A stretch of DNA of 63,665 nt, filler included, from Chiloscyllium plagiosum (taxonomy: Eukaryota), in the NCBI RefSeq assembly GCF_004010195.1. It is 4 parts of one record of this genome, joined end to end, with 100 filler letters (N's around TTAATTAATTAA, not from the genome) between each part and the next. Parts side by side here need not be neighbours in the genome. Positions count along the whole stretch, not along the records: positions 29,078 to 51,837 come from NC_057711.1; 3 more parts are not named here. One strand, 5' to 3'. Position 1 is the stretch's first letter; the number at the start of each line of letters is the position of its first letter. Both the position numbers and the translations under genes were made by a program. Under the pieces are notes generated by a model. The model saw only the letters and a list, made by a program, of their open reading frames with translations. It made no database searches and was not told the origin of the DNA. Of this stretch, positions 39,085 to 51,937 are shown one piece after another.

Positions 39085-39885
39085 AACATAGAACAGAACA
39101 GCACAGAAAAGGCCCTTCAGCCCATGATGTTGTGCCGACCATTGATCCTCATGTATGCACCCTCAAATTTCTGTGACCATATGCATGTCCAGCAGTCTCT
39201 TAAATGTCCCCAATGACCTTGCTTCCACAACTACTGCTGGCAATGCATTCCATGCTCTCACAACTCTCTGTGTAAAGAACCCGCCTCTGACATCCCCTCT
39301 ATTCTTTCCTCCAACCAGCTTAAAACTATGACCCCTCATGTTAGTCATTTCTGCCCTGGGAAATAGTCTCTGGCTATCAACTCTATCTATCCCTCTCTTA
39401 TCTTGTACACCTCAATTAGGTCCCCTCTCCTCCTCCTTTTGTCCAATGAAAAAAGTCCAAGCTCAGTCAACCTCTCCTCATAAGATAAGCCCTCCAATCC
39501 AGGCAGCATCCTGGTAAACCTCCTCTGAACCCGCTCCAAAGCATCCACATCTTTCCTATAATAGGGCGACCAGAACTGGACGCAGTATTCCAAGTGCGGT
39601 CTAACCAAAGTTTTATAGAGCTGCAACAAGATCTCACAACTATTAAACTCAACCCCCCTGTTAATGAAAGCCAAAACACCATATGCTTTCTTAACAACCC
39701 TGTCCACTTGGGTGGCCATTTTAAGGGATCTATGTACCTGCACACCAAGATCCCTCTGTTCCTCCACACTGCCAAGAATCCTATCCTTAATCCTGTACTC
39801 AGCTTTCAAATTCAACCTTTCAAAATGCATCACCTCGCACTTATCCAGGTTGAACTCCATCTGCCACCTCTCAGTCCATCTCTGC
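39085..39885 (-). mobile_element. CR1 LINE 3' fragment
   Basis: ORF 39387-39860: MEFNLDKCEVMHF...LYKTLVRPHLEYCVQFWSPYYRKD. Confidence 0.95.
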
Positions 39886-40320
39886 AGTTGGTTTTATTAT
39901 TGATGTCCAGAAACATGAAAAAAAATCTCATTTTGTTAAATACAGTTTCCCAAAAGAATTGTGCTTATGCTGTCATTACCAAAAACTCTCTTCTTGTTGC
40001 TACCATTCTTTAGAGGTTGACTTTTAGGTTACAAAGAAATTTCAATTGAAGAACTTTAGGAATGAAACGATGAGAAAACTGCGTACTATACTGTTATGTG
40101 TGCAACAGGTTGGTAATCTCTTTCAGACAATTGTTGTCAGCAGGATTTGTTTTCCAACATTGAAATCATTTGTCTAAACAGGTCACACAGAGCTTTCTCA
40201 ACTCACTCTCAAATTAAAATAATTAGGACAATTCATGAAAGAAACAATTTGCAATAATATGACACCTTTCATGTCTTGGATATAGCAAAGCTTCACAGCC
40301 AATTAAGCACCTCTTACATA

Positions 40321-40638
40321 TTAGATTAGATTAGATTACATTACAGTGTGGAAACAGGCCCTTCGGCCCAACAAGTCCACACCAACCCGCTGAAGCGCAA
40401 CCCACCCACACCCCTACATTTACCCCTTACCTAACACTACAGGCAATTTAGCATGGCCAATTCACCTGACCTGCACATCTTTGGATTGTGGGAGGAAACC
40501 GGAGCACCCGGAGGAAACCCACGCAGACACGGGGAAAATGTGCAAACTCCACACAGTTAGTCGCCTGAGGCGGGAATTGAACTCGGGTCTCAGCCGCTGT
40601 GAGGCAGCAGTGCTATCCACTGTGCCACCGTGCCGCCC
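40321..40638 (-). mobile_element. Full-length HE1-type V-SINE
   Basis: Complete head-V-domain-tail structure with an (AGATT)n tail. Confidence 0.93.
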
Positions 40639-43404
40639 ACTATAGATAGTGCTGTAAGAAATATCTACATGCATTAAATCATGGTTTAGTTGCCTCTGGA
40701 TTATAAAATCAAAACTCCGGCAAGAAGAATATTTCATATATTATTTACCTTCTTACACCAACTTTGCACATCCATGACCTACCAACATAATTTACATATC
40801 ACGGATTCCTCTCGTTATTTAGGCTTCATTGCAAATGTTACTGAAACAATATCAAGCAGCTCTTTCACTGCTATACAGCTACAATAGTTAGGCAGGATGG
40901 AAGAGCAATACATAAGTTCCCTGAAACTAGTTCTGGTTTTGTCCATCACAAGTAGTAGTACTAGAAATATATAGAGAAAAATTCAAATAAATAAAAGTTT
41001 TTAACAAAATAAATAAAATGTTTTAAATGCATTGCATCAAGTTGAATGATCTTTGTTCACATCTGATTTTCATTAAAAATAAAATGCACTGTGTAGTCAT
41101 GGTCATGTCTACAGCTTTGCATCTAAAATATACAACACCAGCTGTCTGCATATAAAGAAGCACTTGAACTACTGCACAATAAATCATAGTAACAGATTGA
41201 TGTTAGCTGTTTTAGTGACAAATAATGGTGTGTATCTATACTTGTGCTAACTTGTATCATAAAACGGATTTGTAGGAGACAGAATTTATCCTTTTCAGGT
41301 TCTGATCATTAACTGCTCTCGACCAGCATTTACTCAGCTAAACTGTATGTTAAACATTAGACATTTTGTAATATAGCAAGTGCAATAATCTAAAACCAAA
41401 CTTTGCCTAGATTTATGCAGAGGACAAAGTCCTACAATATCTAATTCTTAAATTTCATTACTGCTCTCTGGCTGATTGATTTTTATTACTAATGTTTCCA
41501 CAACAATGTTCTTATACATTTTCTCATACTGATTCACTGGTACATTGTGTATTTATATATCAATGTATTATCTAGTATAATTGCATCTCTGCTGGAAACA
41601 CCCAAATTATCCACGAACTTTCAAATTAGCCCAAAATAAAAATGTGTCCATATTTACTTCCTATTCAGTCTCTTAATGCTATCTAACATACTGATTTATC
41701 TCCTGCCTCCCTCCCTGAAGAAAGTCAGTGCAAACAGAAATGCCATCCACCCAAACGCTTCAAATGTGATAGTGTCAGACACCAAAGGTGACTATCAATC
41801 AGCTGTTGACTCAAAGTGCCCAGGCCTAATATTCAGCACTGTATAAACTCCGTACCATTTCACATCCGCCAGTTTAGACTTTTGGAAAGCCATCTACAAC
41901 AGAAAAATTGTGGATACTGAAGGTTTAAAAGGAAGGTTAAAATACATTTACGGTTGCAGTTTGTGAAAAAAAATGGTCAATCAACATGCAGCAACTACAC
42001 AAGTGACTATATAACCTCAAAAATGTAATGAGAACAATGTCCAATTCACATATCCAGACTGTGTAAAGTATTAGCCAACTGTAAATTGAGCATTTCCTGA
42101 CGAAACATTTTCTGATAAAATGGGTTAAACTGCTCTTTCTGACTAGCTGTGGTGAAAACAGTGGAAGCACCAGAATTTCTCATCAAACAATGCCTCACTT
42201 CTCTTTTCCATGTTGCAATTTTATAATGCAACCCACATGTCCAACCTATTCAACTTTCTCAACTTAATTTTGGTGCTTACTCAAGGAAGGGTCCCAGTAC
42301 AGTTTTGTTACATCCTCATGATCTATCCACCACTTGGATATGATTGCTACCTTGGAAAATTCAATTGTTGCAGCAGGAGACAAAATAAAATAAAAGAAAA
42401 AACAAGTCTTTAGTTTTAAAAAAAATTTCCTATTTTGAAGACAGCATGTTATGAAGAGAAAAAAGATCTGCAAGGTAACCTTTCAGCATTCAACATTTGT
42501 TTTAATCTTCCCAACAATACAGTTTAAAATCTAATCAGTGTAGTAATAGGAGTAAATTTAGAAGGTAAATAAATGCAGAACCTTTCCTCGAGATTAAATC
42601 AATAGTCAGATGAATTAATTAGCTTTTCCATCTGTGCTGATTGATTACACAAGACTGGATCTTGTTTCATTCAAAAATAAGTGTCAATGATTAAGCAACT
42701 TGGATCCAAGAGGAAACAGTTGAACTTTTCATTGGAGACCTTCAAATATATTGAAAAGAAGAAAAAAACTCTCTTCAAGCATTATAACAAACAGTACAAT
42801 CTAAAATTAAGTTAAGCAGGCTTCATAATTAAAAATTTCTGATAAACTGATCATTTATTTTGGATTAATATCCTTATAATCACACAGCAGTCAAAAACAA
42901 ACTCAGTGGTATAAGGTTTAAAAATATAGAAAATCACTTCAGAAGGATTTCTTTTCCTCTGGCTCAGTACCATAGACTTGTACCACATTCTTCATTCACA
43001 TTAATGAAAGAAAACATCACGTTTATTGTTGTATACATAACAAGGATTTGTAGAAAGTTGGTGGGAGAGTATTTAAATAGAGGAGTAGGAAAACTTAAGA
43101 CTACCTTTAACAACTTATAGGTATCAAATGAGAAGATTTTGGTTAGAAGATTCCCTTCGCTATTCAGAAAGCAGAAAAACGTTTGCGATATCTTGATTGA
43201 GCAAACCATATCTTTATTGCTGTTTGTTAGACTTTTCAGTGTACAAACAGCTGCTGGGGGCTTTCTATCAAAACAGTAACAACCACTTCATAATGTACTT
43301 CATAAAACATAACATGCTTTGGGACATGCCAAGGCGATGAACGACATGAGAAAAGTACTCCTTTACTCTTGAAATCAACCAGTATTCTGACTGAAAAATA
43401 ATTG

Positions 43405-44610
43405 GTTTGTAAAATCATGAGGAGCATGGATAGGGCAAATAGACAAGTTCTTTTCTCTGGGCTGGTGGAAACCAACATTAGAGGGCATAGGTTTATGGTG
43501 AGAGGGTAAGGATTTATGAAGGGACCTAAGCAGCAACGCTTTCACACAGACAGTGAATGTGCATGTGTGGAATGAGCTGCCAGAGGAAGTGGTGGAGGGT
43601 GTTACAATTATAACATTTAATTGACCCCCTCTCATTTTAAGGCTGTGCTCATGGTTCCTAACGGAAACAATTTCCAGCATGCACTCTTTCTAAGCCATGC
43701 ATGATCTTGTAAGTTTCTATTAGGTCTCCCCTCAACCTTCTAAACTCAGACGAATACAAGCCCAGGATCCTCAGCCGTTCATCATATGTTAGGCCTACCA
43801 TTCCAGGGATCATCCATGTGAATCTCCGCTGGACACGCTCCAGTGCCAGTATGTCCTTCCTGAGGTGTAGGGCCCAAAACTGGATACAGTATTCTAAATG
43901 GGGCCTAACTAAAGCTTTATAAAATCTCAGAAGCACATCGCTGCTTTTATATTCCAACCCTCTTGAGATAAATGACAACATTATATTTGCTTTCTTAATC
44001 ACAGACTCAACCTGCAAGTCAACCTTTAGAGAATCTTGGACTAGCATTCCTAGATCCCTTTGTACTTTGGCTTTATGAATTTTCTCACCGTTTAGAAAAT
44101 AGTCCATGTCTGTATTCTTTTTTCCAAAGTGTACGACCTCGCATTTGCTCACACGGAATTTCATCAGCCATTTCTTGGACCACTATCCTCAACTGTCTGA
44201 ATCTTTCTGCAGTCTCCCCACCTCCTCAGAACTACCTGCCTGTCCATCTAACTTCGTATCATCGGTAAACTTTGCCAGAATGCCTCCCGTCCCTTCATCC
44301 AGATCATTAATATATAAAGTGAAAAGCTGCGGCCCCAAACACTGAACCCTGCAGGACACTACTTGTCGCTAGCTGCCATTCCAACTCTCTGCCTTCTGTC
44401 AGACAGCCAATCCCCAATCCATACCAGTAGCTTACCTTGAACACCATGGGCATTTAAAAGGCATCTGGATGGGTATATGAATAGGAAGGGTTCAGAGGGA
44501 TATGGGCCAAATGCTGCAAATGGGACTAGATTAATTTAGGATATCTGATCGGCATTGGTGAGTTGGACTGAAAGCTCTGTTGCTGTGCTGTACATCTCTG
44601 ACTCTATAAA
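43405..44610. mobile_element. CR1 3' end (+) split by a nested antisense CR1 RT fragment (43621-44450, -)
   Basis: ORF 43658-44164 (-) is CR1 RT C-terminal. The host element resumes after the insert, and CATTTAA is duplicated at 43614-43620 and 44451-44457. Confidence 0.88.
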
Positions 44611-44894
44611 AACCAGCAATTCAGACAAAGCATTAGAATCAAAAACTACAATGCTGGGAACAGCATGGAAAGCTGTGTGGTGTGTGAACTCATTATTATC
44701 AAACATGTCTCACTCACTAGTTACTTTACTACAATTTTTGTGCTCATCTAGCTTTATTTTGTAGTCCTACCTTTTGTGGTATCTTTGGTGAAATAAATCT
44801 TGTAGTTGCATTACTTTCAATCCCAATCATGCGCGGTTGTAACGTAAAGAAATTCTACTTTAAAGAGCCCAGTCATTGTTGCCTAAGGACGAGT

Positions 44895-45195
44895 TGTAGA
44901 GTCATAGAGATATACAGCCTGGAAACAGACCCTTTGGTCCAATCTGTCCATGCTGACCAGATATCCCAACCCAATCTAGTCCCACCTGCCAGCACCCGGC
45001 CCATATCCCTCCAAACCCTTCCTATTCATATACCCATCCAAATGCCTCTTAAATGTTGCAACTGTTCCAGCCTCCACCACTTCCTCTGGCAGCTCATTCT
45101 ATACACGTACCACCCTGTGTGTGAAAAAGTTGCCCCTTAGGTCTCTTTTACATCTTTCCCCTCTCACTCTAAACCTATGCCCTCTAGTTCTGGCT
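44895..45195 (-). mobile_element. CR1 3'-end fragment
   Basis: Reverse complement of the CR1 tail seen at 30800-31055. Confidence 0.85.
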
Positions 45196-45980
45196 CCCAA
45201 CTATGTCAGTCCCAGTTGCTAACATGGAATCAAACTTCTAGATATCTCAACAGAAAAATATGCTATGCCTGGTCATTGTAAAGAAGTCACCAACTGGAAG
45301 AGTTGGTAGGATTCAGGAATTTGCGTGCTGGACACACAGATGCAAAGGCCTTGGAAGCAGTCTATTTGCATATCTTGTATACATGAAGAGCTTTCCTATC
45401 AGAGATCAACCTGATTAACAAACTTAGCTTCCAATCAAGCGAGCAGACCCCAGAACAAGCTACACCAGATTCATAATCCTGTGGGTGGTGGTGGAGGTGG
45501 AGAAATTATGAGACTGAATGACCAATATCAGACCCTGGATTGGTCTACTGAGAAGTTGTGAGGGCTAAGCTTGGAGTAAGCCACTCTTGCTGCTCTATGC
45601 ATACAAATAACATAAAAATGCACTTTGATTCTCTCCAACATTGCCATTTCCTGCTTTTGGTTTTTTGGTGAGAAACCTGGCAGTCTACAATTAAATCTGT
45701 AAGAACACATGAAAATACTGAAATTACCAACCAGCGCCACTGCAGTAGGTCTGTTGCCTATCTCTTGTCCCATTTCATTAAACTTAGAAGTGGGCACTTT
45801 GGAGTCAGCCTTCAGATCTTTAATATGTTAATGTTATGACCCAAACAACATATTTTTGGTCTTTTAAATTCAGCTTATTTCTTAAACTGAGATCTTGAAA
45901 ATTCTTTACATAACTAGGAAACACAAGAACAGAGTTAGGAAATGGGTAGTAAATGTAAAAATGGTCAACATTTATTAAGT

Positions 45981-46106
45981 TCTGAATTAGTGGTGTTGGA
46001 AGAGCACAGCAGTTCAGGCAGCATCCAAGGATTAGCGAAATCGATGTTTCGGGCAAAAGCCCTTCATCAGGACCCCACCCCCCCATCACCAAACCATAGT
46101 ACAACA
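45981..46106 (-). mobile_element. Short Penelope-like terminal insert with a family-A hammerhead (GUC>AUC) and 14-bp TSD
   Basis: Minus strand CTGATGA-A-GGGC-TTTT-GCCC-GAAA-C-ATC at 46039-46072; AACATTTATTAAGT at 45967-45980 and 46107-46120. Confidence 0.85.
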
Positions 46107-46488
46107 AACATTTATTAAGTGTTTGGTGGTTCAATCACAAAACAGTCCATATACTGCCACTCGTGGCTGCCTTTGAAAACTGAAAGTAATGAGTTTTTCA
46201 AATACTTGGTGTAGAAAGCTTTGAACTATGCAATGTAAGATGGACATATAGTCTGGATTCCAAAAAGCTGCTCAGTAAAGGAAGTGGAGACAAACCCATT
46301 GCTGATGCAGAGACTGTTATTATACAGAAGTAGAGCACATTGAATACCAAATTATTGTACAAATGAAATAGAAACTGTAGTTCAGTTTTTAAATCAAGGA
46401 AATCCATGCTATGATTGAACTTAATGAATGAATGAATGAATGAATTAATGCTATAGATTCTGTGCCTTACAATTGAGCCCTCCACTAC

Positions 46489-46523
46489 CACCTGATGAAG
46501 GAGCGGCGCTCCGAAAGCTAGTG
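46489..46523 (+). ncRNA. Minimal type I hammerhead ribozyme (family B), core intact, in a Penelope terminal fragment (~46449-46572)
   Basis: CAC-CUGAUGA-A-GGAGC-GGC-GCUCC-GAAA-G-CUA/GUG. Stem I is CAC:GUG, stem II is 5 bp, and AGCU is palindromic. Confidence 0.8.
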
Positions 46524-46984
46524 TGCTTCCAATTAAACTGTTGGACTATAACCTGGTGTTGTGTGATTTTTATCTTAATTAATTAAGGGATTCCTAATGG
46601 TTAGTGTGAGGCAGAGTGTGATATTTTTATTTTGATGGATGACGCCCATGGCATCTATAGAAAGGTGAGGAATATAAAAAGTGTCTGCTTTTCCTTTCCA
46701 AAGTAAAGGCTACACAGGATACAACTGAAGATGTAACAGATCTGGAAACCACTCTCATTGGAGGGGGAAATTCTGTAGAGTTCACTCTGGTTCAATTTAA
46801 AGTGCAACACAGTGAAATGAAAGATGAATTCTACACTGTGAAAGTGAAAGCATTCAGTTTAATAGTTTTACGGTTCTGCTAAAAAGAAGTGACAGGATTT
46901 TTCCCAAAATAGAAAAGGTGAAGACAAGTATGGTCCTTTCTTTTTGTAGATGAAACAGTGCATTGAAATACTGTTCTTGTAAAA

Positions 46985-48065
46985 TTATAGAACACAGAAC
47001 ATTATAGCGCAGTACAGACCCTTCGGCCTTCGATGTTGCACCGACCTGTGAAACTAATTTGAAGACTATCTTACCCACAAAATTCCATTTTCATTCATAT
47101 GTCTATCCAATGCCCTTAAAGTTGGTGAGTCTGCTGTTGCGGACACCCCTACTACTGTCTGAGTAAAGAAGCTACCTGCGACATCTGTTCTATATCTATC
47201 ACTTCTCAATTTAAAGCTATGACCCTCATGCTCGCCATTACTATCAGAGGAAAAAGGCTGTCACTGTCCATCCTTTCTAACCCTCTGATTATCTTATATG
47301 TCTCAATTAAGTCGCCTCTGTTCTCTCGAATGAAAACAGCCTCAAATCCCACAATCTTTCCTCATAAGACTTCCCGTCATACCAGGCAACATCCGAGTAA
47401 ATCTCCTCTTTCCAAAGCTCAACATCCTTCCTATAATGTGGTGACCAGAGTTGTACACAATACTCCAAGTGCAGCCACACCAGAGTTTTGTACAATTGCA
47501 ACATAACCTCATGGCTCCGAAACTCAATACCTCTAACAATAAAAGTTAACACACCGTATGCCTTCTTAAAAACCTATTAACCTGGGTGGCGACTTCCAGG
47601 GATCTATGTACATGGTCATGGAGATCTCGCTGCTCATCTATACTCCCAAGAATCTTACCATTCGCCCAGTACTCTGTATTCCTGTTGCTCCTTCCAAAGC
47701 GAATTACCTCACACTTTTTCCATTTGCCACCTCTCAGCCCAGCTCTGCAGCCTATCTATGTCCCTCTATGACCTACAACATCCTTCATCACTATACACAA
47801 CTCTACTGACCTTAGTGTCATCTGCAAATTTACTAAACCGTCCTATGCCCTCATCCAGATCGTTTATAAAAATAACAAACAGCAGTGGCCCAAAACAGAT
47901 CCTTATGGTACACCACTAGTAACTGAACTCTAGGATGACTATTTTCCATCAAGCACCACTCTGTCTTCTTAGAGCTACCCAGTTTCTGATCCAAACCGCC
48001 AAATCACACTCAATCTCATGCCGCTGTATTTTCTGCAATAGCCTACCATGGGGAACCTTATCAAA
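46985..48065 (-). mobile_element. CR1 LINE RT/3' fragment
   Basis: ORF 47307-47552: LQLYKTLVWLHLEYCVQLWSPHYRKD. Confidence 0.9.
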
Positions 48066-48944
48066 AAATATGGAGGTAAATAAAGATTACAGAAACCAGA
48101 TTAGTCTTCATTTCTGTTGATTTTCTCATATACCATGACTGAAATGGCTGTTTTAATCAGAATTTATAAATTTGTTCCTACTGGTTGTATTTAGCAGACT
48201 TAACATGGCCTTACGTCTATCATAATATTAATAATTAAAACCATAAAAAATGTGGTTAAGTGCCAAAGCAAATGTTAAATGATTCATGCCCATTTAAGAC
48301 ATTTTATTTTAAATTCTGCGTTCTACTTAATCCAAATGATCCTTTTAACTAAAAGCTAAATCAATCACTATGTCTTTAATAAAACCATAAGTAATGGGAG
48401 CAAGAATAGGCCATTCAGCTCCTAAGAGTTGCTCCACCATTCACAGTAGGATCACAGCTAATTAAACATTGCTCACATCCACTTTCCTGCCCTTTCATCA
48501 TAACCCTCAATTGCCTGACTGATCAATAATCTATTTTAGTCTTAAATATACACAAGGACTCTGCCCCCCAAGGCTCTCTGTGGCAAGGAATTCCAAAGAC
48601 TCTCAATCCTCAGAGAAGAAATTCCTCCTCATCTCAATCTTTAATTGAATAGATTTTTTAAACTTTACATGTGGAAATAGGATTTGGATGTTGCTAACTA
48701 GGCCAGCATTTATGGTGCATCCTTAATTGCCTCTGAACCAAGTGGCTTTCGCGACATATCAGAGATTAATTAAGAGTCAACCCCATTGGTGTTAGCCTAA
48801 CTTCATATATTGGACATACCATATAAGAATGACTGACTTTCCTTCCCTAAAGGACCAGATGGGATTTTACAACAATCAGCAATGGTTACATGGACACCAT
48901 TAGGCTAGCTTTTAATATTGAATTCAAAGTTCACCATCTGCCAT

Positions 48945-50520
48945 AAAACATAGATAAGTACAGCTCAGGACAGACTCTTTGGTCCACGATGTTGTGCCGA
49001 GATTTAATCCTAATGTAAAATATAGTAACAACCTACACACCTCTCACTCACTGCTATCCATGTGCATGTCCAGCAGTTGCTTAAATGTCCCCAAAGACTC
49101 TGCTTCCACCACCACAGCTGGCAACGCATTCCATGCATTCACAACTCTCTGCATAAAGAACCTACCTCTGACGTCTCCTTTATACCTTCCTCCTAATATC
49201 TTCAAACTATGACTTCTCGTACCAGTCAATCCTGCCCTGGGGGAAAGTCTCTGGCTATCGACTCTATCTATTCCTCTCATTATTTTGTACACCTCGATCA
49301 GGTCTCCTCTCTTCCTCCTTCTCTCCAGAGAGAAAAGTCCGAGCTTATTCAACCTTTCTTCATAAGGTAAATCCTCCAGTCCAGGCAGCATCCTGGTAAA
49401 CCTTCTTTGCACCCTCTCCAAAGCCTCTGTATCTTTCCTATAGTAGGACGACCAGAACTGGACACAATATTCCAAGTGTGGCCTCACTAGGGACTTGTAG
49501 AGCTGCAGCAAAACCTCACGGCTCTTAAACTCTTTTCCCCTGTTAATGAAAGACAAAATACCATATACTTTCTTAACAACTCTATCCACTTGAGTGGCAA
49601 CTTTGAGGGATCTATGTACTTGCACACCAAGATCCCTCTGTTCCTCCACACTGCCAAGAATCCTGTCTTTAACCCTATATTTAGCAATCAAGTTTGACAT
49701 TCCAAAATACATCACTTTGCATTTATCTGCCATTTCTCAGCCCAGCTCTGCATCCTGTCTATGTTGCGCTGCAGCCTGCAGTAGCCCTCTATACTATCAA
49801 TGGCACCTCCAACCTTCATGTCATCTGCAAATTTACTAACCCACCCCTCAGCCTCCTCATCCAAGTCATTTATAAAAACTACAAAGAGCAGAGGCCCAAG
49901 AACAGAGCCCTGTGGGACACCACACAACACTGACCTCCAGGCAGAATACTTTCCATCTACAACCGCTCTCTGCCTTCTGTCAGCCAGCCAATTCTGAATC
50001 CAGATAGCCAAATCTCCCTGTACCCCATACTTCCTGAATGAGCCTACCATGGGGAACACTATCAAATGCCTTGCTAAAGTCCATATACACTACATCCACT
50101 GCTCCACCATCATCGACCTGTCTTGACACCTCCTCAAAGAACTCAGTAAGATTTGTGAGGCATGGCCTGCCCCTCACAAAGCCATGCTGACTGCCTTTAG
50201 TCACACTATGCTTTGCCAAATAATTATAAATCCTATCCCTCAGAATTCTTTCCAAAACATTGCTGACCACAGATGTAAAACTGACTGGTCTGTAATTGTC
50301 AGGGAATTCCCTATTACCCTTCTTGAAAAGAGGAACAACATTCGCCTCCTTCCAATCCTCCGGTATGGCTCCTGTGGAGAGTGAGGAGGCAAAGATCTTC
50401 GCCAGCGGCTTAGCAACCTCCTTTCTCGCTTCCCGGAGCAGTCTGGGATAAATCTGGTCTGGCCCTGGGGACTCATCAATCTTAATGTTTTCCAAAATTT
50501 CTAGCACATTAACTGCCATT
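48945..50520 (-). mobile_element. CR1 LINE ORF2 (RT domain to 3' tail), frameshifted
   Basis: SPGPDQIYPRLL...NYRPVS...QHGFVRGR...DFSKAFD; GVPQGSVLGPLLF...KFADD; LYKSLVRPHLEYCVQFWS. Confidence 0.96.
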
Positions 50521-50745
50521 TCTAACACATCACCAGAACGTTAACCTGAGTCTCTGGATGAATAATGACATTTCAGTGATGTTACCACTGCACCACAGCC
50601 TCCCCAAATATGGAACAATGGGAGAACAACTGTTACGTATTCAGACAATGATTCATATTCATCGTATGCATCAGAAATGTGCCACTTTTTAAAATTAATG
50701 ACATAAACAGTCGACTTTCAGGTAACAGGTCCTGGTAAAAATGTT

Positions 50746-50909
50746 GGAAATGTGTTGCTGGAAAAGCGCAGCAGGTCAGGCAGCATCCAGGGAACAGGAG
50801 AATCGACGTTTCGGGCATAAGCCCTTCTCCTGTTCCCTGGATGCTGCCTGACCTGCTGTGCTTTTCCAGCAACACATTTCCAGCTCTGATCTCCAGCATC
50901 TGCAGACCT
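50746..50909. mobile_element. Fold-back Penelope mini-element (family A) with ~15-bp TSD
   Basis: 58-bp arms at 50745-50802 and 50825-50882 with one mismatch; the loop holds half of the hammerhead. CCTGGTAAAA(A)TGTT is duplicated at ~50731-50745 and ~50910-50923. Confidence 0.9.
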
Positions 50910-51519
50910 CCTGGTAAAATGTTATTAAAAAAAGTGAGTGATTGATTTTAGGTCAAGAGTCGAATGCTGGATTTTGTTGTGTGACTTGAGCTTTACTCAA
51001 CCATCTCTTAACGGTGATGTAATCAGAATACAGGCAGGAATACACTGAAGGACGGATAAATCTGTAACATAAAAGGGGGAACTGAGGTGGTGCAACATTG
51101 AAAGGAGTGTGGATTTTGATTTACACTACATATAAATGAAAATCTACCTCTTAAAGATGTAAAACAACTTTCATCATTAACTCAGTTACAATAGTCACTT
51201 CAGATATTTGCATCACCTTAAAATATAGCGAAACAACCCAAGGTACTCCTCGGGAACATGATAAAGCAAATTATTCAATACCAAGCATGCATGGGAAAAT
51301 ATAGTCAAAAATGTTTGATCAAATATATTTTTATATGGCCTGATATTTTCTTCAAAGAGTCACAGCAGTAAAATGGCTGACATGTTCAGCAAGGAAATTT
51401 GAACCTTTGTACCTGGGAAGCTAAAAACATTGTGGATCAACTAGTATAGGTTATTATCAAATGGTCAGAATTAAATGAACACATATATCTCAGGACTGAC
51501 AGACTGGAGGATATTAAGA

Positions 51520-51837
51520 GAGAAAAGAGAAGAGAGCGGCGGGAGCTGGGCGGAAGTGAAGTTGGAGCGCAGTGCTGGTCGAGAAGGTAAGTGATTGATA
51601 CTTGAGTGGGTGTGTTCTAGACCCCAGGCCCTACAAAGTAGGGCCTCCCTCTCATCCTCCTCCTCTAACCTAACTTTAAAGTCCACAGGTAAGCTACTCA
51701 GTGTTCTTGCTTTGGAAACGAAGTGTAGAGTAATGGCAGAGCAGGCAGTGGAGTGTTCCTCCTGCAGGATGTTTGAGGTAGGGGTGACCACCGATGCTCC
51801 TGCCAACTTCATCTGCAGGAAATGCAGTCAGCTCCTG
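51520..51837 (+). mobile_element. CR1 5' UTR and ORF1 start (zinc finger), cut by the gap
   Basis: MAEQAVECSSCRMFEV...ICRKCSQL (CxxC...CxxC of CR1 ORF1). Confidence 0.85.
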
Positions 51838-51937
51838 NNNNNNNNNNNNNNNNNNNNNNNNNNNNNNNNNNNNNNNNNNNNTTAATTAATTAANNNNNNN
51901 NNNNNNNNNNNNNNNNNNNNNNNNNNNNNNNNNNNNN
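51838..51937. other. Assembly gap / artificial linker
   Basis: 44 N + TTAATTAATTAA + 44 N. Confidence 0.98.

Noticed and set aside
40560..40638. tRNA-like A/B boxes in several places
   Set aside because: These are the heads of HE1 SINEs, not tRNA genes.
41850..42350. Minus-strand exon-like segments (VAIISKWWIDHEDVTKLYWDPSL; MAFQKSKLADVKW)
   Set aside because: Splice-like signals are present, but no recognisable protein or consistent exon chain emerges.
45528..45915. Possible minus-strand exon/ORF (MGQEIGNRPTAVALV...)
   Set aside because: No recognisable homology, and stops occur in alternative frames; unsupported without expression data.
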